Below, piece after piece: positions 1-12,610 of a DNA stretch of 64,000 nucleotides. This DNA comes from Lingula anatina (lineage: Eukaryota; Animalia; Brachiopoda): positions 2,294,001 to 2,358,000 of the forward strand of contig CM120645.1 in assembly GCA_051362555.1 (NCBI GenBank), written 5' to 3'. The translations under genes and the position numbers were made by a program. Positions within the stretch are counted from its first letter, which is position 1. Every line of letters starts with the position of its first letter. The notes under the pieces were generated by a model that ran no database searches, had not been told where the DNA came from, and saw only the letters and a list, made by a program, of their open reading frames with translations.

Positions 1-2168
1 GAAAAAAGTAGCTTAAACCCAACTCTATTGATTGAGAAAGCTAAGGGTTAGGAAAACAATTTATATTGTAACTTAGTCCAAAGATTAATGCCTGAAGGAT
101 CAGGCAAATCAAATCTCGCAGTCATTTCTTTATTCACATCATTGTTTTCTTATCAGTAATGTTTAAGCTAGCGTTAACCCATTGACATGTTAAATATTTA
201 CAAGATTTGATCATATTGTGTACGTATTGAGAATTGTCCTACTGTGTGTGGGTTTGTGTACAGCTCTGTTCACTGTAGCCTTAAGTCATGTTTCTAGTCA
301 AGGAATGGAGGTCTGATTTAGTACACACTAGTATTAAAGATGCATACAAAGTCAATTTTTTGTCACAAAAACCAACCAAATGCCAGCATATAGTTTCAAG
401 TAGTATAACTAAGAGAATTACCAAAAGGCATTGTTTAATTTTACCCGAAAATGATGTTTGAACGGATTTTTCTGCTGGCATTCTAAGCTGTATGTCAATG
501 GGGCAGGAAAGTAGGTCACGAACGTAGGTTAAATTTACAACCAAAAATTTAAAGAAAGGAGCAGTCTAAAGGTCTTTTATGGCTGATTGAGTGATCTATT
601 CAGTTTATCCCTTGGCATGTCGAATAAAAATCTAGTAGAAGTGGTTTACATGTGTTACTGGGAATCCACGCTCCACCGATGCTCGGTTCGTATGTACCTT
701 TAAGTCAGACCATCATCCCTTGACTGGAAATTCAACTGAAGCTCAGACAATGTGGATATTTCAAATCAAGGTCTCATGACTTGATTATTGTTTACTAGTA
801 CATACTAAGTTCAGTTCCCTTTACACAGGGCTTGGAACTGTTTAGGGAACAAATTTGCCCAAACTCTAACCGTAACAAAAGAAAAGCTGATATACTAGTA
901 TTAAATATTTTAACACATTTATGTATTCGATAATACAATAACTAACTGGTTTTAAACAAACCATTTTTCCTTGTGATTCATATTTCACCCAAACAGACTA
1001 CTTACTAATGATTTAGCTCATGGTCAAAGTCAACTATCATTTTGGTCTGAAAATTTAGACCAAATTTCGGACTAAAGTTCTTTTAGGTGAAACGGGCTAA
1101 AGTGGACTAGAAACATGGCATGTTTTAGTAATGCTGATGTGAAGTGAGCCTGGAATTTGTTGATCCTGGAGATTGATTTACATTACAGAGGCTAAGCTGA
1201 TTACAATAGATCTTTAGATCTAGACAGCTTTGATAGTTTAATACATAATGGTCTAGTAAGGATTATAAGATTCTTGAGACAGGTTAAAACCTTTGATTCA
1301 AGATAAATGATTTAATTTTTCAGTCATGCTTATCCAGATTATTTCAATTTTCACAGGAATCAAACTTAATTTTTCCCCCTTAGATATGTGGCATGGATTT
1401 TCTTTAAGACAACTAATAGGGTAAAGCATCTGAGCCAACAGGTTATCTAGAGCTAAGCTTCCAAAAATCAATGATAACAGAAGAGCTCTCTTTATTAAAA
1501 CTCCAATCTTTTATATTTTATAATTGGGAAATTTCATACACACTGTTGCATTAACTTCGTATGAAATCAAATTTGTTAAAAATGTGATTTGCTCAATTAA
1601 ATAAGTACAAAATGTGTAGGAATCAAAAGTCATTTTTGTTCCAGCTGGAAAGACCAATAGACATACAAGCAGCAGTTTGTGAGTTAATAGAATATTGTAA
1701 AAGCCCACATAATGCCTAATTATTGAAAGTGAACAATAAAATAGAATGCAGTAAACTTGTATAGACACAGACTAGTTGTAATGTGCCTAGACCTACTATA
1801 CATGTTTACTTCACCAGCTGATACTTCCATGAGTACAACATTATTTTCAGTTTTTACTTCAAGATGTATTGCCGTGTACAGATAAGTAACAGGCAAGTCC
1901 GGATGGTAATTCTCCAGTATTAAAAGGTTTTCCTGGTTCAAATGATGCATAAAGTTATCAGTTCCTCCCCTCAGCACAGGTGCTCTACACATAAACTGCA
2001 TCTGATAGTCATTGGTTTTTCACCCTGAAATTCTAAGGTTACTGAGTTCCAGCAGAGGCTGTTGGATGATGCAGGCTAATTACCAGTAAACTTTGAAACT
2101 TAGTGTGCTGGGTTCCTCACAGGGTATGATATTTTGGCGGTATCAAAAGAAAGGGGGGGGGGTAATTA

Positions 2169-2377
2169 CAGGGGCAGACAGAAGCAGTCTTCTGGGTCTT
2201 CCAGAAGATGGTCAGAATTTTTTAGTTTACATCGACCAAGGAGTTATAACAGATGTTATAACTCCTTGCATTGACAGGCAACTAAATTTTTTCTGTTGGA
2301 AGACGGTCAAAAGTGGAGAATGGATCAACAAAGGTAATTTGGAAGACTGTCAGAAAATGCCTCTGGATCCATTCCTG
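2169..2377 (+). mobile_element. MITE family A copy 1 (CAGGGGC...CCTG termini, 5-bp TSD AATTA)
   Basis: Homologous to the copies at 4711 and 28923; AATTA at 2164-2168 and 2378-2382. Confidence 0.85.
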
Positions 2378-4710
2378 AATTAAGTTGTCAAACCTATTTC
2401 TTTGCTGCTGTGTTATCTAGAGAGCTACCAGTAGGAGAGGGAAAATACTCTCCACAATCACTAGTACTCATCTGACCTTGAATTGCTTATTGCTTCTGTC
2501 AGTTTTACACAGTAAAATGTAACTGATGTCAGTTTCCTTAGTACTGACTGATGTTGATTGAACTCTCCCCTTTTTGTCTATTATCATTGGCATCAGGGGA
2601 AGTTTTAATCATCCATGCTAGTAGGTGTGTACTAGTGATGTATCCCAAATCAGGTCTGTGCCCTTTTTATTTCTAAGTTTTGTTTGCTTTTTAAAATAAA
2701 ATTACAAAGGCAACTGGCCTGATTTTGTTTGAGGCTTTCAGGATATAAAATTACCCTGTGTTTTTTTCACTCTTGATTCCCTTTATTTATATCTCGATAA
2801 GCATTTAAAGACCGCTGTGTAAATGTCTTGAGCTTGTAGAAAATACAGCATGGACACAGAAGCAGAGTTTGACAGCCCCTAACATTTGCTTTTCTATTGG
2901 AAACTGAAAAGGAATTTCCTGAGTCAGAGAGTTGTTTTTCCATATTTTTTTCTATGGTCCTGAATACCATCTGCCTTTGATAAATAAATAAATAAATTGG
3001 CCATAGAGCAGGGCTGAGCTAGAGAGTCATACTAGTAAGCATCTGACCACTACCTTATAGTAGGTTTAGTGGTAGTAGTACCCCGGTTATAGTTCTGTAG
3101 TAACTAATTAAATAGACAAGAGCAGTAAGTGCAGGCCTCTTACACCCTGTGTTGGTATCTGATATAAAAATGACATGAATCACGTAGCACAGTCTTCAGG
3201 ATATAGATATTTTGGTATTGCATAAAAAACCAGAAAGATTACAAAGGGAAGGAATGTCTGTTTCAGGATGATGGTTTGTCTGTGTTAAAAGAAAATAAAA
3301 GGAAGTTGGTGTTGTAAATTGTTAAGAAGTAGTTTGTGTTCATTTTTAATTTGAGGTTCCAATTAAGGTGAAAAGGATGGTTCTCTGACAGAGTTATGTT
3401 GTTTTTTTTTGTTTTGCACTTAGTTATCTCTCTCTCTCTATTTCTCGCTCTCTCTCTGTCTTACACACACCCATACATATGCACGTGTGCACACAAACAT
3501 GCACATACACACACAGATGTAAATGCTCTAGCACTTTTAAATGCATTTTAAAAGGCTATACTGCTAGTAAATTTAAATTGAACAGCATAGTTATTCATGC
3601 TAACTCTCACAGGCATTCCGTACTGAAACTCTGACAAGAAGTTTTTAGAAAATAAAAAGAAAAACCTGTTTGTGAGTATGTCTGTGTTCCCTTATGGTAA
3701 TAGGTCAAGCACATCAGTGGTGTTTTGCTGGCATCTGAAGATTATTTTCTTCTCAGTGATAAAATTTCCCCTATTGCTTTAGCCCCAGTTACGTCAGCAG
3801 GCTACTAGGCTTTTAGACAAAATAATAACAGAGATCTTTACAAATAAGGGTTTGTGGGTATAATAACTTCTTTTGTTTCATGAATAATTTAAGAAATACA
3901 CTCAAAATGTTGAAGTTAAAACATATGTAATAGAAATAAATTGGAATATTAAAAAATACATGAGGATCAATTAAAGTTATATCCTTGTGTTTTTGAGATG
4001 CAGGCAAACTTAATGAACAAATTTCAAACCAATGTTACTTAATCAGGGCACATGTGGCCATATTGGCAAATTCCCCCTAACAAGGACTGCTAGCTGTAGC
4101 AAACCTAATGGCAACTTACAGCAGTGTTTGCAGTCAAATTAATATGGCATAACTAAAGGCACAGTTGCATCAAAGATAAATTGATAGAAAGCTTCAAAAA
4201 TAAATGTTATTAGTGAATACACAGAGGGCACATGCATACTGTGTCATCTGGTTGTCTGATAACCATGCATTACTGACCATAAGCAGCCAATCGGATTTCA
4301 ATCGACTCAGTCCACTAAGTCCAGCAACAGTAGTAGTACTAGTAAATAGACATAAAGATTCAACTGGCTAGCTTGTATTATGGCAAGAAATAGTAATTGC
4401 AGTCTGTTGCAGAAGATAATATGAATAGCTACAAAGTTAAGCTATGATAAGTTGAGTGAAAATGCAGGCTTTGTTTTAAGTGTGGGTGCACCTTGGGATC
4501 ATAATGAGATTGGAGCCATGAAGTCCCCAGAAAGTTGACCTTGTGGTCATTAAGGTATTGACCTGAGGTTGTGTTTGTGGTGAGCAAGACAGTGTGGAGA
4601 CTCAGATAAAGAAATAGGTCAGTTTCTACCCTCTTTCACAGGCTCTGGTTCAGAGGTTGAGACATTGCATTGGGAATTGATAAACAAGCAAAATGTTTTA
4701 TGTTATGACT

Positions 4711-4879
4711 CAGGGGCGGATCCAGAGATATTTTCTGACAGTCTTCCATACTATATTTGTTGATCCATCCTCCATTTTTTGAACGTCTTCTGACAGAAAA
4801 AAATAGATACCCGTCAATGTAAACTTGAAAATCTGACCGTCTTCCGGAAGACCCAGAAGACGGCCTAAATCCACCCCTG
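4711..4879 (-). mobile_element. MITE family A copy 2 (5-bp TSD TGACT)
   Basis: Termini CAGGGGCGGAT...ATCCACCCCTG; interior is the reverse complement of copies 1 and 3; TGACT on both flanks. Confidence 0.88.
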
Positions 4880-7145
4880 TGACTGATAGTCATACTCAGA
4901 CTTAAGTTGACTTGTGTACTAGTATAGCTAGCCTCTATAAACTTTTACAGAGTATCAGGTACAGAATTTTTTAAACTAAGGTTGAGTTGATGAAAGCTGA
5001 TGTCGTAGAGGCTCTCACTGACATATTACATTGCAGAGAACTAGCTCAGACTTGTTTGCTTTAAACTACATCTTATTTTGAATAGAAACAATGTAGTTTA
5101 AACTGCGCACAAGTTCAACACATTCACAGTATGAACCACGTGGAGGAGTGATATTGCTATCAGATACCAGTAGTTCCTTCCACATATGGGATAATGTATA
5201 TAGCAGAGAGTTCAGGTGCTCTACCAATCGTGGCCAATCTTCAACCAACTTTTTTATGGATATTTCATATAAAAAGGGAGATTCTATCACTATCAGTATC
5301 TTGCCTGTAATTTCTGATTAGCCTCCCGGTTTCCTGTGTCATTGATGGCTATGATTACTTGCAATATGAATCCTATTCAATTGAGTGATTAATACGGATC
5401 TTGCACAGAATAACATTAGTCCGGAAATTGGACTTAACTTTAAGACCGAAATGATAGTCTGCATGGACCCGGGGTAAATCAGTTAGTGTGATCAGTTGTG
5501 GCCCAGTTTTAAAAAATGAAAACTGTGCTTGTTTTATAGCAATAAAGAAATGGCTTATGAGAAAGACCAGTGGTTGCTTATCTTTAGCAGAAAAAGACCA
5601 AAAATTTGATCTTAAGATTTAGACCAACTTTGAATTTGCATGCTAAAGTCATATGAATCTGGCCCCAAGACTCATGCTAGCTATTTTAGCCTTGTCCTTT
5701 TTTAATGGTCAATCTTTATTTTCTTTGTTTCTTTTTTAGTTATTTTTGGTCAAATTGATAATCGATTTAGTCAATAAAAATGTCTGATCTGGGTAATATT
5801 ATTTTGACATCTACTAGGCAGAAAGTAATTTCACCCTTGAATGAGCCCTGATTAGGATTATGTGCATTTGTCCTACATAACAGATTAATATTTGGAAATA
5901 TTAATATCATTTTATATTACAAGAATATTTATGTTATCACTTTTTCATTGTCCTGTCAGAGGTTAGTAAATCACACAGGAAATTATTTTTAGTTTATATT
6001 GTTTTTGTTTTTATTTTGATGGATGAATTCAAAGTAATATCAGTATTCAGATTGCCACAAAAGAAAGAAATGATATGAAGACAATAGGATGGAGTAATTG
6101 TGATACAGTGCTATCTTTCCTGTATCAGCAAAGAGGATATATGGCATAGAGTTAGCTGTCGCTATTTTAAAACTATCTGACTAGATGGAAATTTTTTATG
6201 TACTTTGATCCAGGATAACTGTAATATTAAAGAAGCTGTCAAAATTTCTTACAATTTCATAATCATTTGATAACTTTATTTATTTATTTTATTATTTTGT
6301 TAAACTTGTGCCACTTAATTTATTAAAAACCCTTCAAAAAATTTTGTTGCATGTGGTGAAATGCAGTTGTATTATTTTATAGAATATTTTTTTACATGAA
6401 CTTCGGGACCTTAAAAGGATACAGAGCCTATCAGTCAAGCAGTAAAATTTTTAAAAATAAAAATAAATTCCCAGTATGGACCAGCTTCCCTGAGGCTTTC
6501 TTCATAAAGCAAAATTGAGTCGATGCAATTTCCAAGAAAATGTGCCACACAAATGCTTTTGAGAACATTTGTCACAAGATGTTTGACCTTGAAAGAAGGA
6601 AGTTGCATGTGATGTACCAGAACAGCTGTTATGATTTTTTTTTTTTGTAATCTGATATCTTTCATCAGAATCTCTTCTGTTTGATGAGTAAAATATTAAG
6701 TCACAGTTTTATCTTATGCACATAATTATATTTCTATATATTTAAACCACATAACTAGTGTCCATAAAGTGATATAAAGTTCTAAAAATTGTCAGTCACA
6801 AAAACACTTCCATGGCAGTGTTCAACAACAGTCCTGACCTACTTTCAGAATTCTCTAACATGCTGCACTGACACCTCATTGGTGTGAGTTAAGTGATTGT
6901 GGTGATATTTGTTATAGTGTGATATTTGTTATTTTATTATGATGAATCCTTTTATTCATCATATGAATAAAAGGATTGCCATCCTCAATGGCAAATTACT
7001 ATTATTTTTATAATATTAAAATAATAATTTTATTCTATTATTATTATTATTATTATTAATTAATTAATTAATTAGTTAAATTTATATTTCATGTTTGCAG
7101 TTCCCATTTGTCAGATGAAAATTAAATCAGAAGAAGCGAGATGTA

Positions 7146-7602
7146 ATGGCGGGGGTTGAGTATCTAGAATCTCACTCTCCCACCATCACCACAATGGCGT
7201 CAGGGACCAAACTGCAGCAGACGACAAGAGACTCACAGTCCAACCAATCACAATCAACGGCGGGAAATTCACAGCAAAACGGCGATGTTCCCCACGAACG
7301 CCATCGTCCAAGACGAGTGTTCAGCATCATCCGAAGAAAGATAAAAAACTACAGTAGAAATTTTGCGGAATTCGTTAACAGAGATGATGCGTACAACTAT
7401 ATCCCTCCGCCTGCATTTGCAATAACTAGTCCCGATCGCGAACACATTGAATTGTCTCATTTTGATGAGGGAGGAAGGGAGCCATTAGGAAAGATCGGTA
7501 TGGGACATAACTTTCTGCCTGTGTATATGTCCTCTCCAACATGGTGTGACCAGTGTGGAGATTTCATATGGGGACTCTACAAGCAGTGTCTGCAGTGTCA
7601 GT
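7146..7602 (+). CDS. RASSF1/5-like: RASSF coding exon 1 (N-terminus plus first part of C1 domain)
   Basis: Acceptor tttgcag ends at 7100, ATG at 7146, HNFLPVYMSSPTWCDQCGDFIWGLYKQCLQCQ, donor GTAAGT at 7603 (phase 1). The acceptor implies an upstream non-coding exon that I did not locate. Confidence 0.92.
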
Positions 7603-10600
7603 GTAAGTACTTACAGCTTTCTTAATTCACATTGGATGAGTTTCTGGTGTGCATTCTATGCTTTCTTTAGGAAAACTTCACTTTCTTTTTCAGTCAGGAC
7701 CAAAATGTTCAGAATGTTTAAAGTTAATTGAAAATGCTAGGAAAGTGTGTTTGTGCATATGCATTGTGTAATGTGTAAGCTTGTGTGCAAATGTAAATTC
7801 TTGTAGTGTGCTAGAAATATCCCAAGAAACACAGAGTTATGGGTGAAAGCATGGTGAAAGTACTCCAGTAAAGTCAGGAAAATTCTGTGGTCCATGATAT
7901 TGTTCATATTGGGGTGTAATATGTAGTCATTGTTTTAAAATCAGAACGCATGTAATCCTGTTGTTTTTAAATCAGTTAGCTGCGTAACATGAATGTGACG
8001 TTGAAACAAGTAATCATATTGTTTGAAACTGAAAACAAAACAGCAGATAAACCTGTTGTTTAAAGTTCCACATTGTTAAATTCCACAACAGATGCTCAGA
8101 GATTTTACTGTTATAGAAAGATGTGGATTAATATTGTGCTAGGTGAGCTGGGGTGTGACTATCACAACACATTTCTAACTGTCACAACTCACTTTTCTCA
8201 ACTGCTGCAATTGCTCTGGCACAGCTACCATAGATGTACTTCTTGTTGAACACATGCCCCAACTCTCCAGATATGAATTTTAAACATTTACTGAAAATTA
8301 TTATTTTTCATTTTTTGTGTAACTACCACTTTTATATTTCCAAAAAATTATTAACTTATTTTACGTAAACTGATATTTTAATGTAATGTTTTACCAAATA
8401 TATGTATATATATGATGTAGGTTTCCCATTGTACTAGTGTATTGACAAAAACTAAATGGTTTCTAAAGAGACTAAATGTGCTTTTCTACCTGTGAAGCAT
8501 GACTTATTGACCCTTCCTAAAAGGGGCTTTGATCATATGACCGACTTGTTAATATGAGCTGCACAATTTCATTGTGAAGAGTATAAAAACCTAAATGTTA
8601 AGATTCTGACGTGTACATTACAAAAAACATTGTGCTGAAGACTTTGTTGTGCATGTTAGTATCTATAGACTCAGTCTATTTCCATATATCATCAACAGAC
8701 TGTTGACTACAGATAATTTTCGCAACCAGACTTCAGCTCATCTGTCAATACTATAGGCCATTATGGAAGAAGACATGTTCTTCCGTCTCATTTGAGTACT
8801 TCATGTTTCAGCCATTATCGCCTGGGTTTGTTTTTTTCTTCCTCAAGTTATTTATATTTTTCCAAATCAATTTTAATCAGCAAGACTAATTTCTTCTTTT
8901 CTTCTTTAATTGAATTGTTTTTGGAGCATATTTCACTCCAGGCATGAGCTCAATAATTCTTTTTCATTCCTATGAATTACATGTGGAAGCCATTACTGTG
9001 ATTGCTTCCCTTGGGGTTGAATATTATCTGATTGGTTCCTCTGGCGCATGAAATGCATGAAAAAAACAAAACAAAAACATTGCTTGAAATTGACTATAAA
9101 GTATTAAAAGTATATTGGCTCATTTTAATGCACTTTGTATAAAAAGGCAAAAAAAGCAAAAAAAAAAAAAAAAGACATTTGTGGGTATGCTGTGATGTAA
9201 AGTATTAGGTAATACACAATATACCAAGAAAATAACCAAGTTTTTGTGTTGTGATTATGTGATTACCCAAACAATCCACTTTTCATCCCTTAGAACATCC
9301 CTTTGAATTTCATACATTTCACACAAGCTTCTAATACTTTTTCACCACTTTCACTTTCACTGATATGCATGAGGATTGGGATCCCAAAAATCGATGAATT
9401 AAGCAGCCAAAAGATGTGCCTTCACTTGGAACAGTTGAACTCTTGGTGGTTGTATTGTGGAATAAGTAAATAAGTGTCTGTAGACATATTTTCCAGTCCC
9501 TATTTCAGAGTGCTTGCATATGGGTTGAGCGCAGCTGAGTCAGGAACATTCAGCACAAAATATCAATAATCTGTAAAATCTTCTATGTTGGAGACCAATT
9601 TTTCATCGTATTTATAGAATTTTCTTTGGCTTTTTTTAAAACTTGGATTGAGGGAAATAAAAGGTCTCATATTCTCAAATTGTGATAATGATAACATATA
9701 TGAGAATTCTAATTGTACTTAAAAATCCTGAATCTGTAAGACAAATTAAAAGGGAGCAAAAATAAAAGGATTGTGAGCAGTCAATTGTTTTGCGCTGTTA
9801 GGACACATTTCTGGAAGCCTGATGTGTTTTGCAATGTCCATGTTCTTGTAGATGTAAAGATCGTTAGACCACTGCATTACAAGTTGGGCTGTAGACAGCT
9901 TTTGTTTTGCCATATTTTTGATACCACAAGTGTTCTTCACACAGTTAAGGAAGCCAGACATTTTGGATCACCGCACTGTTGTACAATCAAGTGAAACACA
10001 GAATTAGATATGACTGAATCATATTGTTTCATGTATTGGCAAGTTTTTTCCATTTAAGAAAAGTGGTGATACGTAGAACATGGGTCGATAAAGTACTGAT
10101 GAGGTTATAAGTAAAATGGTAATGGTATATCTTTTTCACATTTTCACAAACGGATCACAAGTGGACGCCTCCCTCTTATAACAGCAAATATCAGGGATTA
10201 TTTTGAAGAAATGGGACTTCAAAAATATGGATACACTTCTGAAATTGGAAGACTTTGGACAACAGTTTTAAGTGGATGTGTTTACATTTTCATTCTATGA
10301 TTTGGGATATAAATTTTGATATAACAATATTATAAAAAATATTACCATGGGCCATACATGCTGGGAATGGTTAGCCCTGCTGTCTTGTACACTAGGTGAG
10401 TGCAATAGAATAATTTTCAATATATCGTAATTTTTACTTCCTAATGAAGTGGGTTTGTTAGTTTCTTTATTTTAGTAACACAAGATGTCTCAAAACCTTT
10501 GCATTTTTAATGAAAATTTCGACACTTATTCAGCAGGGATAGAAGAATTTATAACATCTCCATATTTTTTTAACATAATGTTTATTTTATTATAATGTCC

Positions 10601-12569
10601 ATTTTGCCATGGCGGAGCTCAGTGGTATTTGAGTGCACCCTTGGAGTGCTCTCTGGTTAAATGGCATGGGTTCTGAGTCTGTCTGGCAGACCTCTCTTTC
10701 CAGAAAGGTAGAAAATGTGGAACCTTCCAAGACCCACTGATACAATATAATTGTAATTCATTAATTTGATTTAGTCATAGAGCAAAATATAGCAGATTGG
10801 TTTTACTCCCACCTTTTTGAAATATTTGCACAGCTAATTTTTTCCTCTAAGCAGATTGGTTTGATTATTGGTTTGACTCTTTTTATTATCTAACCCTGTT
10901 GTACAATAGCTGATCATGAGTTTGAGAAATTTTCTGTACCTACAAGACATTTCTGATGTTTGATGATATCCTGGCTGACTTTATATCTCTGGAGACAATT
11001 GTTGCAAAATGGTTCTGCTCCTGGTTCAAAATTATTTCAGCCATTTTGTTTGCTCGTTGTTAATATCCTCTCTCAGCATAGTGGGATATTATTGCCTTCC
11101 TGAAACCATTTGAACAACAAAATTAACTCATCAATTCATAGAGCGCCCCAGAAGTTGTAGATAGGAAATTTGCAGGAGGAAATATTTGTTTTAAAAGAAA
11201 GTGAGATGAAAAATTAATCCGAAGCAGATATTAAGACTCCTTATTTATCAAGAACTTAGATGTCATTAATACTGTTTACATAGAGGTATGCTGCCTGCAC
11301 TTGAAAATGTCTCAAAGTCATATTTTCTCTGCTTGCATATCCTGCAAATCTACTTACTGGTATATTTCTCAGAACAAATATGAAACCCCTGAAATAAAGT
11401 AAGTGATATCAATAAATCCTTGTAACATGTACAGATTGATAAAGAGGTGTCAGGATATAGAACAAAATTATTAAATTAAAAAATGGTGTAAAACTGCAAA
11501 ACTAAATGCAGCGAAGGGTTAAGAAAAATTCGAGAGTTCATTTTTTAAGGAATTTGATAGCAGGAAAATATCAAATAAAATACCTAAAAATGCATCATCA
11601 TGTTTAAAAAAAAACACCTGCTCTAGATGACCATTTACCATGCAATATCAGAATCTGTCCAGGTGACCATGTGATGAAATGGGGTCATGTTACCCTCTAA
11701 TATCAGAGGCCCACTGAAATACTACACAAAATCACACTATGGGCTTTCCACAATTTTTGTAACAGACTACTAGCTAGTGTGACCTGTGGTCAGAGAGTAC
11801 CGTAGGTCAATTTAATGACGGGTGTGGAAGGGGAAATGCCATTAATTAAGGTAGACCAAGAAAGTCCCCAGGGCTTCATGAAAGGAGTAATTAGAGTTAC
11901 TAATGGTTATATTGAATAATGGGAGCCATGCTGTTATGATTTAGAAGCTGTCAGCAGGTAGCAGAATATGTTTGATGTTAAAGTGATGTATTTGGGGAAT
12001 AATTTTGTGGTGCCTTATGAATACAACAGCAACTAATTACTCATTTAAATTACATGTTGTTTCACACTCAAAAAAAATGAAATCTGAAAACAGCTTACTC
12101 CATCTTGTAGAAGACAGTGAAATAAAAGTGTACTCTAGACCAACAACTGTCAAGGTAACAATTTGCAGCGCTAATATTATCCAATAATGGTAAAGATAAC
12201 ATTTCAAACTTAGATTTTATTGGTTGATTACAGTAAGGGATAAAAGATAAAAGCACTTAATACCAGCTTGTGTGTTGTACATTTTGGCAGATATTTCCAC
12301 AGGTAAATTGCAGCACTTGCAGCAGTTACTCAGATGAGACTGTTAACCGAGCATCTGCATTTTTGCAAAAATAATAATAATGTGTGGATTTTACCACCAC
12401 CTACCTCAGTCAGAATAAAAATCAATGTCTGGGACTGTCATGTATTAGTTCCATTACTCACTGTAAATGTAAAGTGATGATAAGGGAATTGTATTTCATA
12501 CAGAACAGACTTTGCAAGATGTGTGTGATGTAACTTTGTAATAGCCATATGGTTCCTCATGGTGAACAG

Positions 12570-12610
<41 letters not shown>

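Noticed and set aside
7603-7625. C-terminal CKYLQLS of the 159-aa ORF
   Set aside because: Intron read-through; the C1 domain is completed by the exon at 34582.
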